From contig LVZN01000005.1 in assembly GCA_001695645.1 (NCBI GenBank), forward strand, positions 30,001 through 62,000: DNA of 32,000 bases, given 5' to 3'. Every line of letters starts with the position of its first letter. Position 1 is the stretch's first letter. The position numbers were made by a program, and so were the translations under genes. The notes beneath the pieces were generated by a model that saw nothing but the letters and a program-made list of their open reading frames with translations, did not search any database and had not been told where the DNA came from. Source of the stretch: Erysipelotrichaceae bacterium MTC7. Lineage in GTDB: Bacteria > Bacillota_I > Bacilli_A > Erysipelotrichales > Erysipelotrichaceae. This document shows, one piece after another, positions 1 through 9,024 of this stretch.

Positions 1-103
1 ATTTTTTTTTAATGAGCACTTTGCGCGCTTCTTTTTCATTTCTATGGTAAAGATATAGTATAGAGATATTTAGTAAAACATAAGGAAAAAGGAGATAGTT
101 ATT

Positions 104-697
104 ATGGCAAAAGTATTGTATATTAAAGCAAACCCGAAAACGGTAGAAAACTCAATCACGTTTCAAATGTCTGAGGCATTTGTTGAAGCGTACAAGAAAA
201 ATCACCCAGAGGATGAAATTACAACGTTGGACTTATACGAAGAAGAAATGCGCTTTCTAACGGGTGATGATATTAACCAAATGTTTGGTGGAAAAGATTT
301 TGATATTAAGGAGCGTGCAAAGCAATTTGCTGCCGCTGATAAATATATCATTGCTGCCCCACTTTGGAATTTATCAATTCCAGCAATTTTAAAAGCATAT
401 ATTGATTACGTCATGTATGTAGGAATTTCATTTAAGTATACAGAACATGGACCGATTGGTTTATTGGAAAATAAAAAAGCGGTTTACGTTGTAGCACGCG
501 GAGGTGACTATACATCACCACAAATGGCTGCTATTGAAATGGGAGAACGCTACTTGCGTACAGTCTTTGGTTTTATGGGTATTCAAAACATAGAAACAAT
601 CGCGTGTGAAAACACAAATGTATTGCAAGGCCAGGCATTAACAAACGCAATTGCAACATCGGTGCAACGTGCAGTTGATGCAGCAGAAACATTCTAA
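104..697 (+). CDS. azoR: FMN-dependent NADH-azoreductase
   Basis: 197 aa ORF. N-terminus MAKVLYIKANPK and overall flavodoxin-like layout are typical of AzoR/AcpD. SD GGAGA lies 8 nt upstream of the ATG. Confidence 0.85.
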   Translation: MAKVLYIKANPKTVENSITFQMSEAFVEAYKKNHPEDEITTLDLYEEEMRFLTGDDINQMFGGKDFDIKERAKQFAAADKYIIAAPLWNLSIPAILKAYIDYVMYVGISFKYTEHGPIGLLENKKAVYVVARGGDYTSPQMAAIEMGERYLRTVFGFMGIQNIETIACENTNVLQGQALTNAIATSVQRAVDAAETF

Positions 698-706
698 TCA
701 AAAAAG

Positions 707-730
707 AGCATCTACTGAGGTAGGTGCTTT
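707..730 (+). terminator. Putative azoR terminator (9-bp stem agcatctac/gtaggtgct, loop tgag, short T-run)
   Basis: Inverted repeat read directly, 10 nt after the azoR stop. The T-run is only 3 nt, so it is weak. Confidence 0.4.
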
Positions 731-801
731 CATTATGTGTAAGTGTAATAATATGAACGTATTCGAATGTAGGAAACCCACAATCCTGCTGACTACGATA
801 C

Positions 802-841
802 AAAAGAAAAGCACCCGCAGAATCCTGTTGGTGCTATTTTT
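802..841. terminator. Bidirectional hairpin (811-834) flanked by an A-run upstream and a T-run downstream; likely terminates tRNA-Gly on the minus strand
   Basis: gcacccgcag aatc ctgttggtgc pairs with one mismatch and one GU. The minus strand reads hairpin then TTTTCTTTTG. Confidence 0.5.
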
Positions 842-846
842 ATAAA

Positions 847-920
847 TGGAGCGGGTGATGAGAATCGAACTCACGTAGTCAGCTTGGAAGGCTGAAGTTC
901 TACCATTAAACTACACCCGC
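847..920 (-). tRNA. tRNA-Gly (anticodon UCC), CCA encoded
   Basis: Minus strand reads GCGGGTG TA GTTTAATGGTAGAAC T TCAGC CTTCCAA GCTGA CTAC GTGAGTTCGATTCTCAT CACCCGC T CCA. The cloverleaf is complete, with a 7-bp acceptor stem, a TTCGATT T-loop and anticodon loop CT-TCC-AA. Confidence 0.9.
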
Positions 921-940
921 ATGTATGTCAGCCTTCCAAG

Positions 941-946
941 ATTATA
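941..946 (-). promoter_or_regulatory. Perfect -10 box TATAAT about 20 nt upstream of tRNA-Gly
   Basis: Minus strand reads gtcTTATAATcttggaaggctgacatacat followed by the tRNA 5' end. No strong -35 was found (best is TTCAAT/TCAATA). Confidence 0.4.
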
Positions 947-989
947 AGACCTATATCTTATAACTATTGAAAAGCGCATACTTAATTTA

Positions 990-1559
990 TCATTTTTGAA
1001 TTAAAAAATCAAGTCCTTTGTGTTGTAAAGCACGAACAATTTTAGCTGGTGCATTTTGCTTATAGATCAAACCAACTTTGGCCAAGATGGAGTTGAAGTT
1101 GGTGAGTCCATCATGTTCATGTGTATATTCATATTCAATTTCATAGTCGGTTTTGTCACCATAGGTATTGATATCAAAACAAAGTTCGTAGCCATCACCA
1201 ATAAACATCGCTCGTTTTGTAGTTAAACTTGCAACTTGCACAAATGGGCCTTCAAGATGGAATTTTGCCAACACCTTTTTGATTTGGGCATCATCAAAAA
1301 CGGCTGGATCGACTTGTTCAACGATTTGCTCGTACTCAATTAAATTATCATCCTTGATTTCCTTAAGGGTGAAGAGTTTGGTTCCAGCACTTTCACGAAT
1401 TCGCATCGCTCCTTTTTGTTTCATGATTTCATAAGATTCATTATCATAGTAGTAATTCGTTTGCGTGATGAAGTCAATCTCAGGATAGTTTGTGATCAAT
1501 TGATCAAACTGCTCTTTACTTACAAGAATTTTGTATTCTTTCTCAATATGTGTTTTCAT
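990..1559 (-). CDS. CYTH-domain protein (YjbK-like triphosphate tunnel metalloenzyme)
   Basis: MKTHIEKEYKILV start carries the EXEXK CYTH signature. I trimmed the 255-aa track ORF to the Met at 1559; the N-terminal extension looks non-coding. It lies divergent from nadK, and yjbK and ppnK are near each other in Bacillus. Confidence 0.8.
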   Translation of the reverse strand: MKTHIEKEYKILVSKEQFDQLITNYPEIDFITQTNYYYDNESYEIMKQKGAMRIRESAGTKLFTLKEIKDDNLIEYEQIVEQVDPAVFDDAQIKKVLAKFHLEGPFVQVASLTTKRAMFIGDGYELCFDINTYGDKTDYEIEYEYTHEHDGLTNFNSILAKVGLIYKQNAPAKIVRALQHKGLDFLIQK

Positions 1560-1704
1560 ACAAATATCATACCATATTATCTTCCTTACAACAGTAAAAG
1601 GGATGTAATTGTACATATCTTTGCACTTGCTTGTGGTATGATAGAAGTGGTAAGGATCGTGATTGGTTCGCGATTTGAAAAGCAAAGTAAGGAAGGATAA
1701 GGCA

Positions 1705-2478
1705 ATGAGAAGATTTTCAGTGTATGTAAAAAATGATGCGAAATCACAAAACATCAAAACTAAAATTGTGGAGGAGTTACTTCAACATAATTTTATCGTT
1801 GATGACCAAGAACCGGATCTTGTAGTTTGTGTGGGTGGTGATGGAACCATTCTAAGTGCAGTGCACCATTTTTTACACCAACTAGAAGCAATTGAGTTTG
1901 TTGCCATTCATACTGGCACACTCGGTTTCTTTACAGATTATACAGAAAATGAAGTCGATCGCTGCATTCAAGATATTATTGAAGACAATGTCTATGAAGT
2001 TTTCAGTTCCTATTTGATTGAAGCAAATGTAAATGACTACACTGTGTATGCATTAAATGAAATACGTGTAGAGAATATCTTACGAACACAAATACTCGAC
2101 ATTTATATTGATGATGAGTTTTTTGAAACATTTAAAGGTAATGGCATGTGTTTAAGCACCCAAGCGGGTTCTACTGCATACAATCGTTCACTAGATGGCG
2201 CTGTAATTGATAATGGGATTCGGGTATTGCAACTAACTGAAATTGCAGGAATTCAAGATGGAAAGCACCGTTCGTTACGCGTACCTTACTTACTGCAAGA
2301 AACACGAAAAGTGACATTCGTAGGGGATAACTTTGAAAATGCATATATATGTTACGATCATAAAAACTTATCCTTGGACAACGTATCTCGCATTGAATGT
2401 AAGATGAGTAATAAACGCGTGAAATTTGTTCGCTATAGAAAATACAGTTATTTAGATCGCGTACGCAACTTATACTAA
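1705..2478 (+). CDS. nadK: NAD(+) kinase
   Basis: GGDGT motif (VCVGGDGTILSA) and NE/ACST-like region (LSTQAGSTAYNRSLDG). Start moved to the ATG at 1705, preceded by GGAAGGA. Confidence 0.9.
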   Translation: MRRFSVYVKNDAKSQNIKTKIVEELLQHNFIVDDQEPDLVVCVGGDGTILSAVHHFLHQLEAIEFVAIHTGTLGFFTDYTENEVDRCIQDIIEDNVYEVFSSYLIEANVNDYTVYALNEIRVENILRTQILDIYIDDEFFETFKGNGMCLSTQAGSTAYNRSLDGAVIDNGIRVLQLTEIAGIQDGKHRSLRVPYLLQETRKVTFVGDNFENAYICYDHKNLSLDNVSRIECKMSNKRVKFVRYRKYSYLDRVRNLY

Positions 2479-2502
2479 GCAATCACTAAGGTTGCTTTTT
2501 TT
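2477..2502 (+). terminator. nadK terminator
   Basis: aagcaatc / ggttgctt stem (one GU) followed by TTTTTTT, overlapping the stop codon. Confidence 0.6.
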
Positions 2503-2626
2503 AGTTTATGAAAGAAGTTAAAAAAATTACATTTTTATGAAATAAAAAAGATGTTTTTCAAGGGAAAATGAAACATATCTGTAATATAATATGAGTACAG
2601 CGAAACTTTAAAAGGGAGGTAGTAAC

Positions 2627-4978
2627 ATGATTGAGAATATTCAAAAACGGGATGGAAGAGTCATTGCTTTTGTGCCTGAAAAAATAACAAGAGCGATTTA
2701 TTTAGCTGCAAGTGCTGTAGCCAAGGAAGATGGTACAGAGGCAGATTATGAACAAGCAGAGCGTTTAACCGATCAAGTAACAGGATACTTAAACAGTGTG
2801 TATCACAACACCACACCAACAGTTGAACAGGTGCAAGATGCGGTTGTTCGCGTATTGATTGAAACCAATCATACAAGAACAAGTGAAGCCTATATCATTT
2901 ATCGTTCTGAACGTTCAAGAATCCGTAACTTGCGTACGCGTTTGATGAAATCAATTGAAGAAATCACGTTCAGTGATGCACAAGATAGTGATATGAAACG
3001 TGACAATGCAAATATTGATGGAAATACAGCGATGGGAACCATGCTGCAATATGGTAGTGCCGTCAGCAAAGAGTTTTGTTTATCACAAGTAATCAATCCA
3101 AAATATGCAAGAATGCATGAAGCAGGAGATATTCATATTCACGATTTAGATTTTATGAACATGGGAACGTTAACTTGTTGCCAAATTGATTTAGACAAAT
3201 TATTCCATGGTGGATTTTCTACAGGACATGGATTCTTACGTGAACCACAAGATATCTCAAGTTATGCAGCACTAGCTGCCATTGCTGTTCAAAGTAACCA
3301 AAATGACCAACATGGAGGGCAAAGCATTCCGGCCTTTGATTATTACTTAGCGAAAGGCGTGGCAAAAACGTTTAGAAAACGCTACAACCACAACCTGCAA
3401 ATTGCAGTTAAGCTATTATTAAACAATGAAAAAGAGATCAAAGATGATTTGTTGGATATTGAAAAAGAAACGAAAAAAACGCCGACCTTAGATATGGATT
3501 ACGATTATGCAGATACATTGCGTAGTTACTTAAAGACAACGTTTGCAATCGATGATGCAATGGTAGAGAAAATTTTAACGTATACATACAATGAAGCGCG
3601 TGAAGAAACGGATAAAGCAACGTACCAAGCAATGGAAGGATTTATTCACAACTTAAATACGATGCATTCAAGAGCTGGTGCACAAGTCCCTTTCTCAAGT
3701 ATTAACTTTGGAACCGATACATCTGTGGAAGGACGTATCTTAATGAAAAACTTGTTGCTTGCACAAGAAGCTGGTTTAGGTAATGGCGAAACACCAATTT
3801 TCCCGATTCTTATCTTTAAAGTGAAAGAAGGGGTGAACTACAACCCTGGTGATCCAAACTACGATTTATTCCAATTAGCGATTCGTGTTAGCGCAAAACG
3901 TTTATTTCCAAACTTCGTGTTTGTTGATGCACCGTTCAACTTGCAGTACTACAACCCTAACGATTTCAAAAGTGAGATTGCAACCATGGGATGTCGGACA
4001 CGTGTGATTAGCAATGTGAATGGTGAAAACACACCGGTGGGAAGAGGAAATAACTCATTTACGACAATTAACTTGCCTCGTTTAGGGATTAAACATGGAG
4101 TTGTTGGTGAAAAAGGATTCTTTGATCGTAGTGCATTCTTCCAAGAACTAGATGAAGAACTTGAAACAGTCATCTCTCAATTGTTAGAAAGAGCAATTAT
4201 TCAAGGAAACAAGCGCGTGAAGAACTTCCCATTCTTGATGGGACAAGGTGTTTGGATTGATTCAGAAAAATTGGACTGGAACGATACGTTAGAAGAAATG
4301 GTAAAACAAGGAACATTGTCAATCGGATTTATCGGTTTGGCAGAATGTCTTGTTGCTTTAATTGGGGAACACCATGGGGAAAGTGCAGAAGCACAAGAAC
4401 TTGGATTGGACATCATTCGTTACATGCGCACAAAATGTGATGAAGCTTGTCAAAAATATGGACAAAACTTTGGGGTTATCGCAACGCCTGCTGAAGGTTT
4501 ATCGGGACGTTTCACACGAATTGACCGTAAAAAATACGGAACGATTCGTGGTGTAACAGACCGTGATTACTATACAAACTCAAACCACGTACCAGTGTAC
4601 TACCCAATCAGTGCACAAGAAAAAATCGCAATTGAAGCTCCATATCATGAACTAACAAACGCTGGACACATCGCGTATGTGGAACTTGATGGAGATCCAG
4701 CCAAGAACCTCGATGCATTTGAGCGTGTGGTTCGTTATATGAAAGAAAGCGGTGTCGGATATGGAAGTATCAACCACCCAGTTGATAGAGATACCGTTTG
4801 TGGTTTCTCTGGTGTGATTGATGGTCATATCTGTCCAAAATGTGGACGTGACGAAAGCACGAGTTCAATAAAGTTTGATCGGATTCGACGCATTACTGGA
4901 TATTTAGTAGGAACACTTGACCGTTTCAATGATGGGAAAAAAGCAGAGGAAAAAGATCGCGTTAAACACGATGTCTAA
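2627..4978 (+). CDS. nrdD: Anaerobic ribonucleoside-triphosphate reductase (class III)
   Basis: N-terminal ATP-cone (IQKRDGRVIAF), a C-terminal Cys cluster (CGFSG...CPKCG) and the glycyl-radical motif RIRRITGYLVG. Confidence 0.95.
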   Translation: MIENIQKRDGRVIAFVPEKITRAIYLAASAVAKEDGTEADYEQAERLTDQVTGYLNSVYHNTTPTVEQVQDAVVRVLIETNHTRTSEAYIIYRSERSRIRNLRTRLMKSIEEITFSDAQDSDMKRDNANIDGNTAMGTMLQYGSAVSKEFCLSQVINPKYARMHEAGDIHIHDLDFMNMGTLTCCQIDLDKLFHGGFSTGHGFLREPQDISSYAALAAIAVQSNQNDQHGGQSIPAFDYYLAKGVAKTFRKRYNHNLQIAVKLLLNNEKEIKDDLLDIEKETKKTPTLDMDYDYADTLRSYLKTTFAIDDAMVEKILTYTYNEAREETDKATYQAMEGFIHNLNTMHSRAGAQVPFSSINFGTDTSVEGRILMKNLLLAQEAGLGNGETPIFPILIFKVKEGVNYNPGDPNYDLFQLAIRVSAKRLFPNFVFVDAPFNLQYYNPNDFKSEIATMGCRTRVISNVNGENTPVGRGNNSFTTINLPRLGIKHGVVGEKGFFDRSAFFQELDEELETVISQLLERAIIQGNKRVKNFPFLMGQGVWIDSEKLDWNDTLEEMVKQGTLSIGFIGLAECLVALIGEHHGESAEAQELGLDIIRYMRTKCDEACQKYGQNFGVIATPAEGLSGRFTRIDRKKYGTIRGVTDRDYYTNSNHVPVYYPISAQEKIAIEAPYHELTNAGHIAYVELDGDPAKNLDAFERVVRYMKESGVGYGSINHPVDRDTVCGFSGVIDGHICPKCGRDESTSSIKFDRIRRITGYLVGTLDRFNDGKKAEEKDRVKHDV

Positions 4979-5486
4979 GCAAATTCGTCTTGCTGCTCCA
5001 CTGCAATTTGATAGCATTGTTGATGGACCAGGATTACGCGTCGTGCTTTGGAGTCAAGGTTGTCCACATGGCTGTCCAGGATGTCACAACCCCGAAACTT
5101 GGGATTACCAAGCCGGTAATCGATTTAATGTTGATATGTTAATCGACAAAATCAATGATAATAAATTACAACAAGGGCTGACACTCTCAGGTGGAGAACC
5201 ATTTGAACAAGCTAGCGCACTAGTTAAACTTGTCAAGGGTGTTCAAAAACCGGGGTTCAACATTTGGGCATACAGCGGGTATACATTTGAACAGTTACTG
5301 GCAGATGAAGATAAACGAGCGTTATTGCAAGAACTTGATGTTCTTGTGGATGGACGATTTGAACAAGATTTATTCGATTACAAACTGCAATTTAAAGGGT
5401 CAAGCAATCAGCGCATCATTGATGTAAAGCAAACGCTTGCGACAGGAACCATCGTGCTATGGCAAGATCCATATGCAAAATTTTAA
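4971..5486 (+). CDS. nrdG: Anaerobic RNR activating protein (radical SAM)
   Basis: GPGLRVVLWSQGCPHGCPGCHNPETW motif. The ATG at 4971 overlaps the nrdD stop by 8 nt (ATGTCTAA), suggesting translational coupling. Confidence 0.9.
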   Translation: MSKQIRLAAPLQFDSIVDGPGLRVVLWSQGCPHGCPGCHNPETWDYQAGNRFNVDMLIDKINDNKLQQGLTLSGGEPFEQASALVKLVKGVQKPGFNIWAYSGYTFEQLLADEDKRALLQELDVLVDGRFEQDLFDYKLQFKGSSNQRIIDVKQTLATGTIVLWQDPYAKF

Positions 5487-5490
5487 TTAA

Positions 5491-5525
5491 AAAGAACCCA
5501 GCGTCATGATGATGTTGGGTTCTTT
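5491..5525. terminator. Bidirectional terminator between convergent nrdG and the histidine kinase
   Basis: aaagaaccca / tgggttcttt 10-bp stem flanked by A-rich and T-rich runs. It overlaps the last kinase codons. Confidence 0.6.
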
Positions 5526-6811
5526 AGTGTTTTTGGCAAAACTAAATTTGCGTTTAGCGTTTGTGTTTGCTGGTTGTGATCTGCTTGTATATAACCACCA
5601 TGCGCTTCAATCAATTCTTTTGCTAACATGAAATCTGGACGCGTGATAAGATCTTCACTGGGTGTCACGTCATTGGCAGTAAAGGTAAAGTTCAGCAAAT
5701 ACCAGTTTTCATTATTTGTATCGTGGATATATAAATGTTTTTTGACTTCTTTGGTTGTCATAATCTTATCGATACACATGTTTACATATGTGGTGATGAG
5801 AAAGCAGAATTCATCTTCATTGATGGTTAAATCGTTTGGAACGTGTAAGGTACAACGAAAATCAATATCATGCTGTTGACAAGTTTGGGATACCTCAGAG
5901 ATTATGGAATCAACAAGTAGATTATTTGCATATTGATGGTAGTTGTCATCAATTGCCTGATACTGTTCTTGCAATCTTGTAATCAAATCATGATGTGATA
6001 GAGCATCCTGGTTTTCCGTGAGTTCATAAAGTAACCAATGATAATCATGCTTCACTTTTCTTAGTGAGCGAATGTAATCGGTACTTTTTTGGTAATGAGA
6101 TTTTTGGGTATTTACAAGGTGAAGCAAGCGACGATTTGATCGCGCTTTCTCAAGACTTGAAATTGTATTGTATTGATATAAGAAGATCCAAATATAACTT
6201 GCAAATAACAACAGTGACAACACAAGGTGATAGATGGGAATAAAAATATCATTGTTGTCAACTTGGTAAATAGCAGTTGAAGCGATCATTAATATACCGT
6301 AAACAAGAAGTACCGTAGTAAGAATCTCTCTCAACCTTTTGTAATGTGACATTTTAAAAATATTGAATTTTACCAACAATTGGTTGATAAAGCCGTAGAA
6401 TAAAAAACTAATGAAAGGACTACTCAAAAAGAAAAGTGAGTTATCCCCAACATTTGTATAGTAGATTGCATAAAATGAAAGTCCATTTGTAATGGCATTC
6501 AAAGAAGATATGACACATTGCGTAAATACAAAAATAAGGACATACATCGATGTATAAAAAAGATGAATCCATAAAGGCACTTTGATAAGTACGTAGATCA
6601 AACAAAAGATCACCATAAATGAAATAAGCATTTGGATGGGATAGCGAAATTCAAATTCAAATAAAAGTGTAAGTGGATAAATAATAAGAATGATCGCGAT
6701 AGATAATGGCGTATTTAGTTTTTGAGAGAAGTTTTTACTCATGCAATAAAATGCGAATAAACAATACAGTGTCCAAAGCGAAGTTAAGATGAGTAAATGT
6801 TGATTGCTCAT
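5504..6811 (-). CDS. Membrane sensor histidine kinase, AgrC/VirS-like (HPK10-type)
   Basis: The N-terminal ~200 aa are highly hydrophobic, suggesting about 6 TM segments. H-box LRKVKHDYHWLL aligns by eye with AgrC FKHDYVNIL. There is a C-terminal GHKL-like region. The ATG overlaps the regulator stop (ATGA). Confidence 0.8.
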   Translation of the reverse strand: MSNQHLLILTSLWTLYCLFAFYCMSKNFSQKLNTPLSIAIILIIYPLTLLFEFEFRYPIQMLISFMVIFCLIYVLIKVPLWIHLFYTSMYVLIFVFTQCVISSLNAITNGLSFYAIYYTNVGDNSLFFLSSPFISFLFYGFINQLLVKFNIFKMSHYKRLREILTTVLLVYGILMIASTAIYQVDNNDIFIPIYHLVLSLLLFASYIWIFLYQYNTISSLEKARSNRRLLHLVNTQKSHYQKSTDYIRSLRKVKHDYHWLLYELTENQDALSHHDLITRLQEQYQAIDDNYHQYANNLLVDSIISEVSQTCQQHDIDFRCTLHVPNDLTINEDEFCFLITTYVNMCIDKIMTTKEVKKHLYIHDTNNENWYLLNFTFTANDVTPSEDLITRPDFMLAKELIEAHGGYIQADHNQQTQTLNANLVLPKTLKNPTSS

Positions 6812-7533
6812 GACTTTCCTCTTTTTTCCAAGTAGTCGGTGAAAATTGCGCGACTGGATGTATGATAGGATTTGCCAACAGGTATCTCCTTACCGTTACG
6901 CAATAAAATAACGGAAGATGAAAAGCGAACCACGTGTTTCATGTTGATGATGAAAGAGCGATGCACTCGCAAAAAATCATCCATTGGCAAAGCAATTTCA
7001 AGATCTTGCATCTTACCATAGAAATCATCCACCCCATTAACAGTATCCATAATCGTTACACGCCCATTGATTTCAAATGAATAGATATCATCTGTATCAA
7101 CCAAATACTCGTCCCCCCGTTTTTTGTAGACGAATTGAGGTGTGCGTGCTTGGCTTAAGGAAATTGCTTTAAGTAGCACATCTTCAATTTTTCCGTTGTG
7201 AAAAGTATCTTTGGTGATGTAGTGTAGTGGCATTGCATCAAAAGCTTCAAAGACATGGTCCTTTGAAGAAGTCACAAAAATGATTTGTGCAGTTGAGCCC
7301 ATCGTTCTTATTTTTTTCGCTACTTCAATACCGTCCATATCTGGTAAATAAATATCTAAGATAAAAATATCAACAGAGTTTAAGTGATCCTCTAAAAAGA
7401 AGAGTAACTCCTTACCACTTTTAAATTGGGATACTTGCAGCATCACATCGTGTTTTTTCTCAAAACTTTCAAGATACGCGATTTCCTTGTCTCTTGTCCT
7501 TTGGTTATCTTCGCATAAACATATTTCAATCAT
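6808..7533 (-). CDS. Two-component response regulator, REC + LytTR DNA-binding domain
   Basis: REC features are FILDIYLPDMDG (acceptor Asp), FVTS and YITKD. The C-terminal part carries LytTR-type FLRVHRSFIINMKHV. Confidence 0.9.
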   Translation of the reverse strand: MIEICLCEDNQRTRDKEIAYLESFEKKHDVMLQVSQFKSGKELLFFLEDHLNSVDIFILDIYLPDMDGIEVAKKIRTMGSTAQIIFVTSSKDHVFEAFDAMPLHYITKDTFHNGKIEDVLLKAISLSQARTPQFVYKKRGDEYLVDTDDIYSFEINGRVTIMDTVNGVDDFYGKMQDLEIALPMDDFLRVHRSFIINMKHVVRFSSSVILLRNGKEIPVGKSYHTSSRAIFTDYLEKRGKS

Positions 7534-7776
7534 AATCTTTCTACTTCCTTTATATTCTACTTTGTTCCTATAACTAAGTTTACAAGGGAATTAAAAAAAT
7601 GACAATTCATTGCCTTATTTTTTCAATAATTTTCGTTGAAATGTATGATGAAAAGTATGGTTGATAATGAAATGAATGGTGGCGATGTAAAAATAAAAGT
7701 AGATGATGATTTGTTTCGTCTTATATTGTGCTTATGAAATAAATCAAGTAAAATAGAACCGACAAGGAGAATGATA

Positions 7777-9021
7777 ATGAAAGTACTAGTCATTGGAAAA
7801 GGTGGAAGAGAGCATGCGATTGCGGATGCAGCACATCGTTCGCGTTTAGTGGATGAGGTGTTCGTAGCTCCAGGAAGTTATGGGATGCGTAATGTGGCAA
7901 CACAAGTAGAAATTGCACAAGATGATTTTGCAGGGTTGATTTCATTTGCCAAAGCAAATGAAATTGGACTAACCATTGTTGGTCCAGAAGATGCGCTTGC
8001 AGCAGGGATTGTTGATGCATTTCAAGCGGAAGGTTTGAAAATCTTTGGACCAAATCAAGCGGCAGCACAAGTGGAAGCAAGTAAAGACTTCGCAAAAAAA
8101 TTGATGAAGAAATATGAGGTTCCAACTGCTGCTTACCAAACATTTACAACTAAAGATGAAGCGGTTGCTTATGTGCACCAACAAGGTGTACCAATTGTGA
8201 TTAAAGAGGATGGTTTAAAAGCAGGAAAAGGTGTGACGGTTGCCACAACGATGGATATGGCTCTTGAAGCACTCGATATTGCCTTTGATATTCCTGATAA
8301 CCAAGTGGTTATTGAAGAATGTTTGGAAGGATTTGAGTTCTCACTCATGAGTTTTGTTTGTGGTGACGTTGTGATTCCAATGGAAATCTCGCAAGATCAT
8401 AAACGTGCATATGATAATGATGAAGGTCCAAATACTGGTGGAATGGGTATTTATTCACCTGTACGGAAAATTACACCTGAGATCGTTGCACAAGCAATGC
8501 AAGAAATTATGATTCCAATGGCAAAAGGTATGAAAGAAGAAGGCGTACCGTTTACTGGATTTTTATATGGGGGATTGATGCTAACAGATGATGGCATCAA
8601 AACGATTGAATTTAACGCTCGCTTTGGAGACCCGGAAGCGGAAGTTATATTGCCAAGATTACGTAGTGACTTCATTGAAGTAATTACCAATATCATGGAT
8701 CAAAAAGTGATGGATTTAGAATGGGATGACATGGTAACTCTTGGTGTGGTTATGGCTAGTGAAAACTATCCTGCCTCATCAACAAAAGGAGCTATTATTA
8801 CTGGACTGGATGAAGTCGAAGGTTTGGTATATCACATGGGAAGTGCATATAAAGATGGAAACTTCGTGACTGATGGTGGTCGTGTATTGATCGTTGTTGG
8901 TGTAGGAAGTACACTTGAAGAAGCGTATGATAAAGCGTATGCAGATGTGAAGAAAATCAAATGTGATAAACTGTTCTATCGCTCAGATATTGGAAAAAAA
9001 GATATGAAAGGAAATGCGTAA
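7777..9021 (+). CDS. purD: Phosphoribosylamine--glycine ligase
   Basis: MKVLVIGKGGREHA N-terminus and ATP-grasp core (EFNARFGDPE). The ATG at 7777 is preferred over 7771 because AAGGAGA ends at 7770. Confidence 0.93.
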   Translation: MKVLVIGKGGREHAIADAAHRSRLVDEVFVAPGSYGMRNVATQVEIAQDDFAGLISFAKANEIGLTIVGPEDALAAGIVDAFQAEGLKIFGPNQAAAQVEASKDFAKKLMKKYEVPTAAYQTFTTKDEAVAYVHQQGVPIVIKEDGLKAGKGVTVATTMDMALEALDIAFDIPDNQVVIEECLEGFEFSLMSFVCGDVVIPMEISQDHKRAYDNDEGPNTGGMGIYSPVRKITPEIVAQAMQEIMIPMAKGMKEEGVPFTGFLYGGLMLTDDGIKTIEFNARFGDPEAEVILPRLRSDFIEVITNIMDQKVMDLEWDDMVTLGVVMASENYPASSTKGAIITGLDEVEGLVYHMGSAYKDGNFVTDGGRVLIVVGVGSTLEEAYDKAYADVKKIKCDKLFYRSDIGKKDMKGNA

Positions 9022-9024
9022 ATT

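Noticed and set aside
698-846. 36-codon Cys-rich ORF (MCKCNNMNVFEC…) between the azoR terminator and the tRNA terminator.
   Set aside because: It starts inside or just after a terminator hairpin with no promoter, runs into the next hairpin, and has no recognisable family features.
990-1757. Long forms of track ORFs with N-terminal extensions: 990-1757, 1663-2478, 4917-5486, 12353-13708, 16803-17774, 28556-29269 and 30319-30984.
   Set aside because: The extensions lack family homology and SD support. Internal start codons preceded by good SD sequences coincide with the expected protein N-termini, so the shorter coordinates were used.
2503-2626. Possible NrdR boxes upstream of nrdD (e.g. aaACATATCTGTaat, ttACATTTTTATGaaa).
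   Set aside because: The matches to the remembered 16-bp palindrome (acaCwAtATaTwGtgt) are poor. The spacing between the two candidates (~43 bp) does not fit the usual tandem arrangement. A PWM scan would be needed.
7599-7664. 21-codon ORF (MTIHCLIFSIIFVEMYDEKYG) with AAGGGA 9 nt upstream, divergent from the LytTR two-component system. I considered it as an AgrD-like autoinducing peptide precursor because it has a Cys followed by hydrophobic residues and an acidic tail.
   Set aside because: It is far too short for AgrD: there is no ~20-aa amphipathic N-terminal leader, and the Cys is at position 5. No AgrB-like processing gene is nearby. Such a short ORF can easily arise by chance in AT-rich DNA.
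7534-7776. Purine, ZTP or PurBox regulatory element upstream of purD. The same question was asked for the fhs upstream region at 24241-24329.
   Set aside because: I saw no conserved riboswitch cores, for example CCGCCUGGG for ZTP or the purine three-way-junction motifs. Only a weak PurBox-like GACGAAAC string is present, which is not enough to call.
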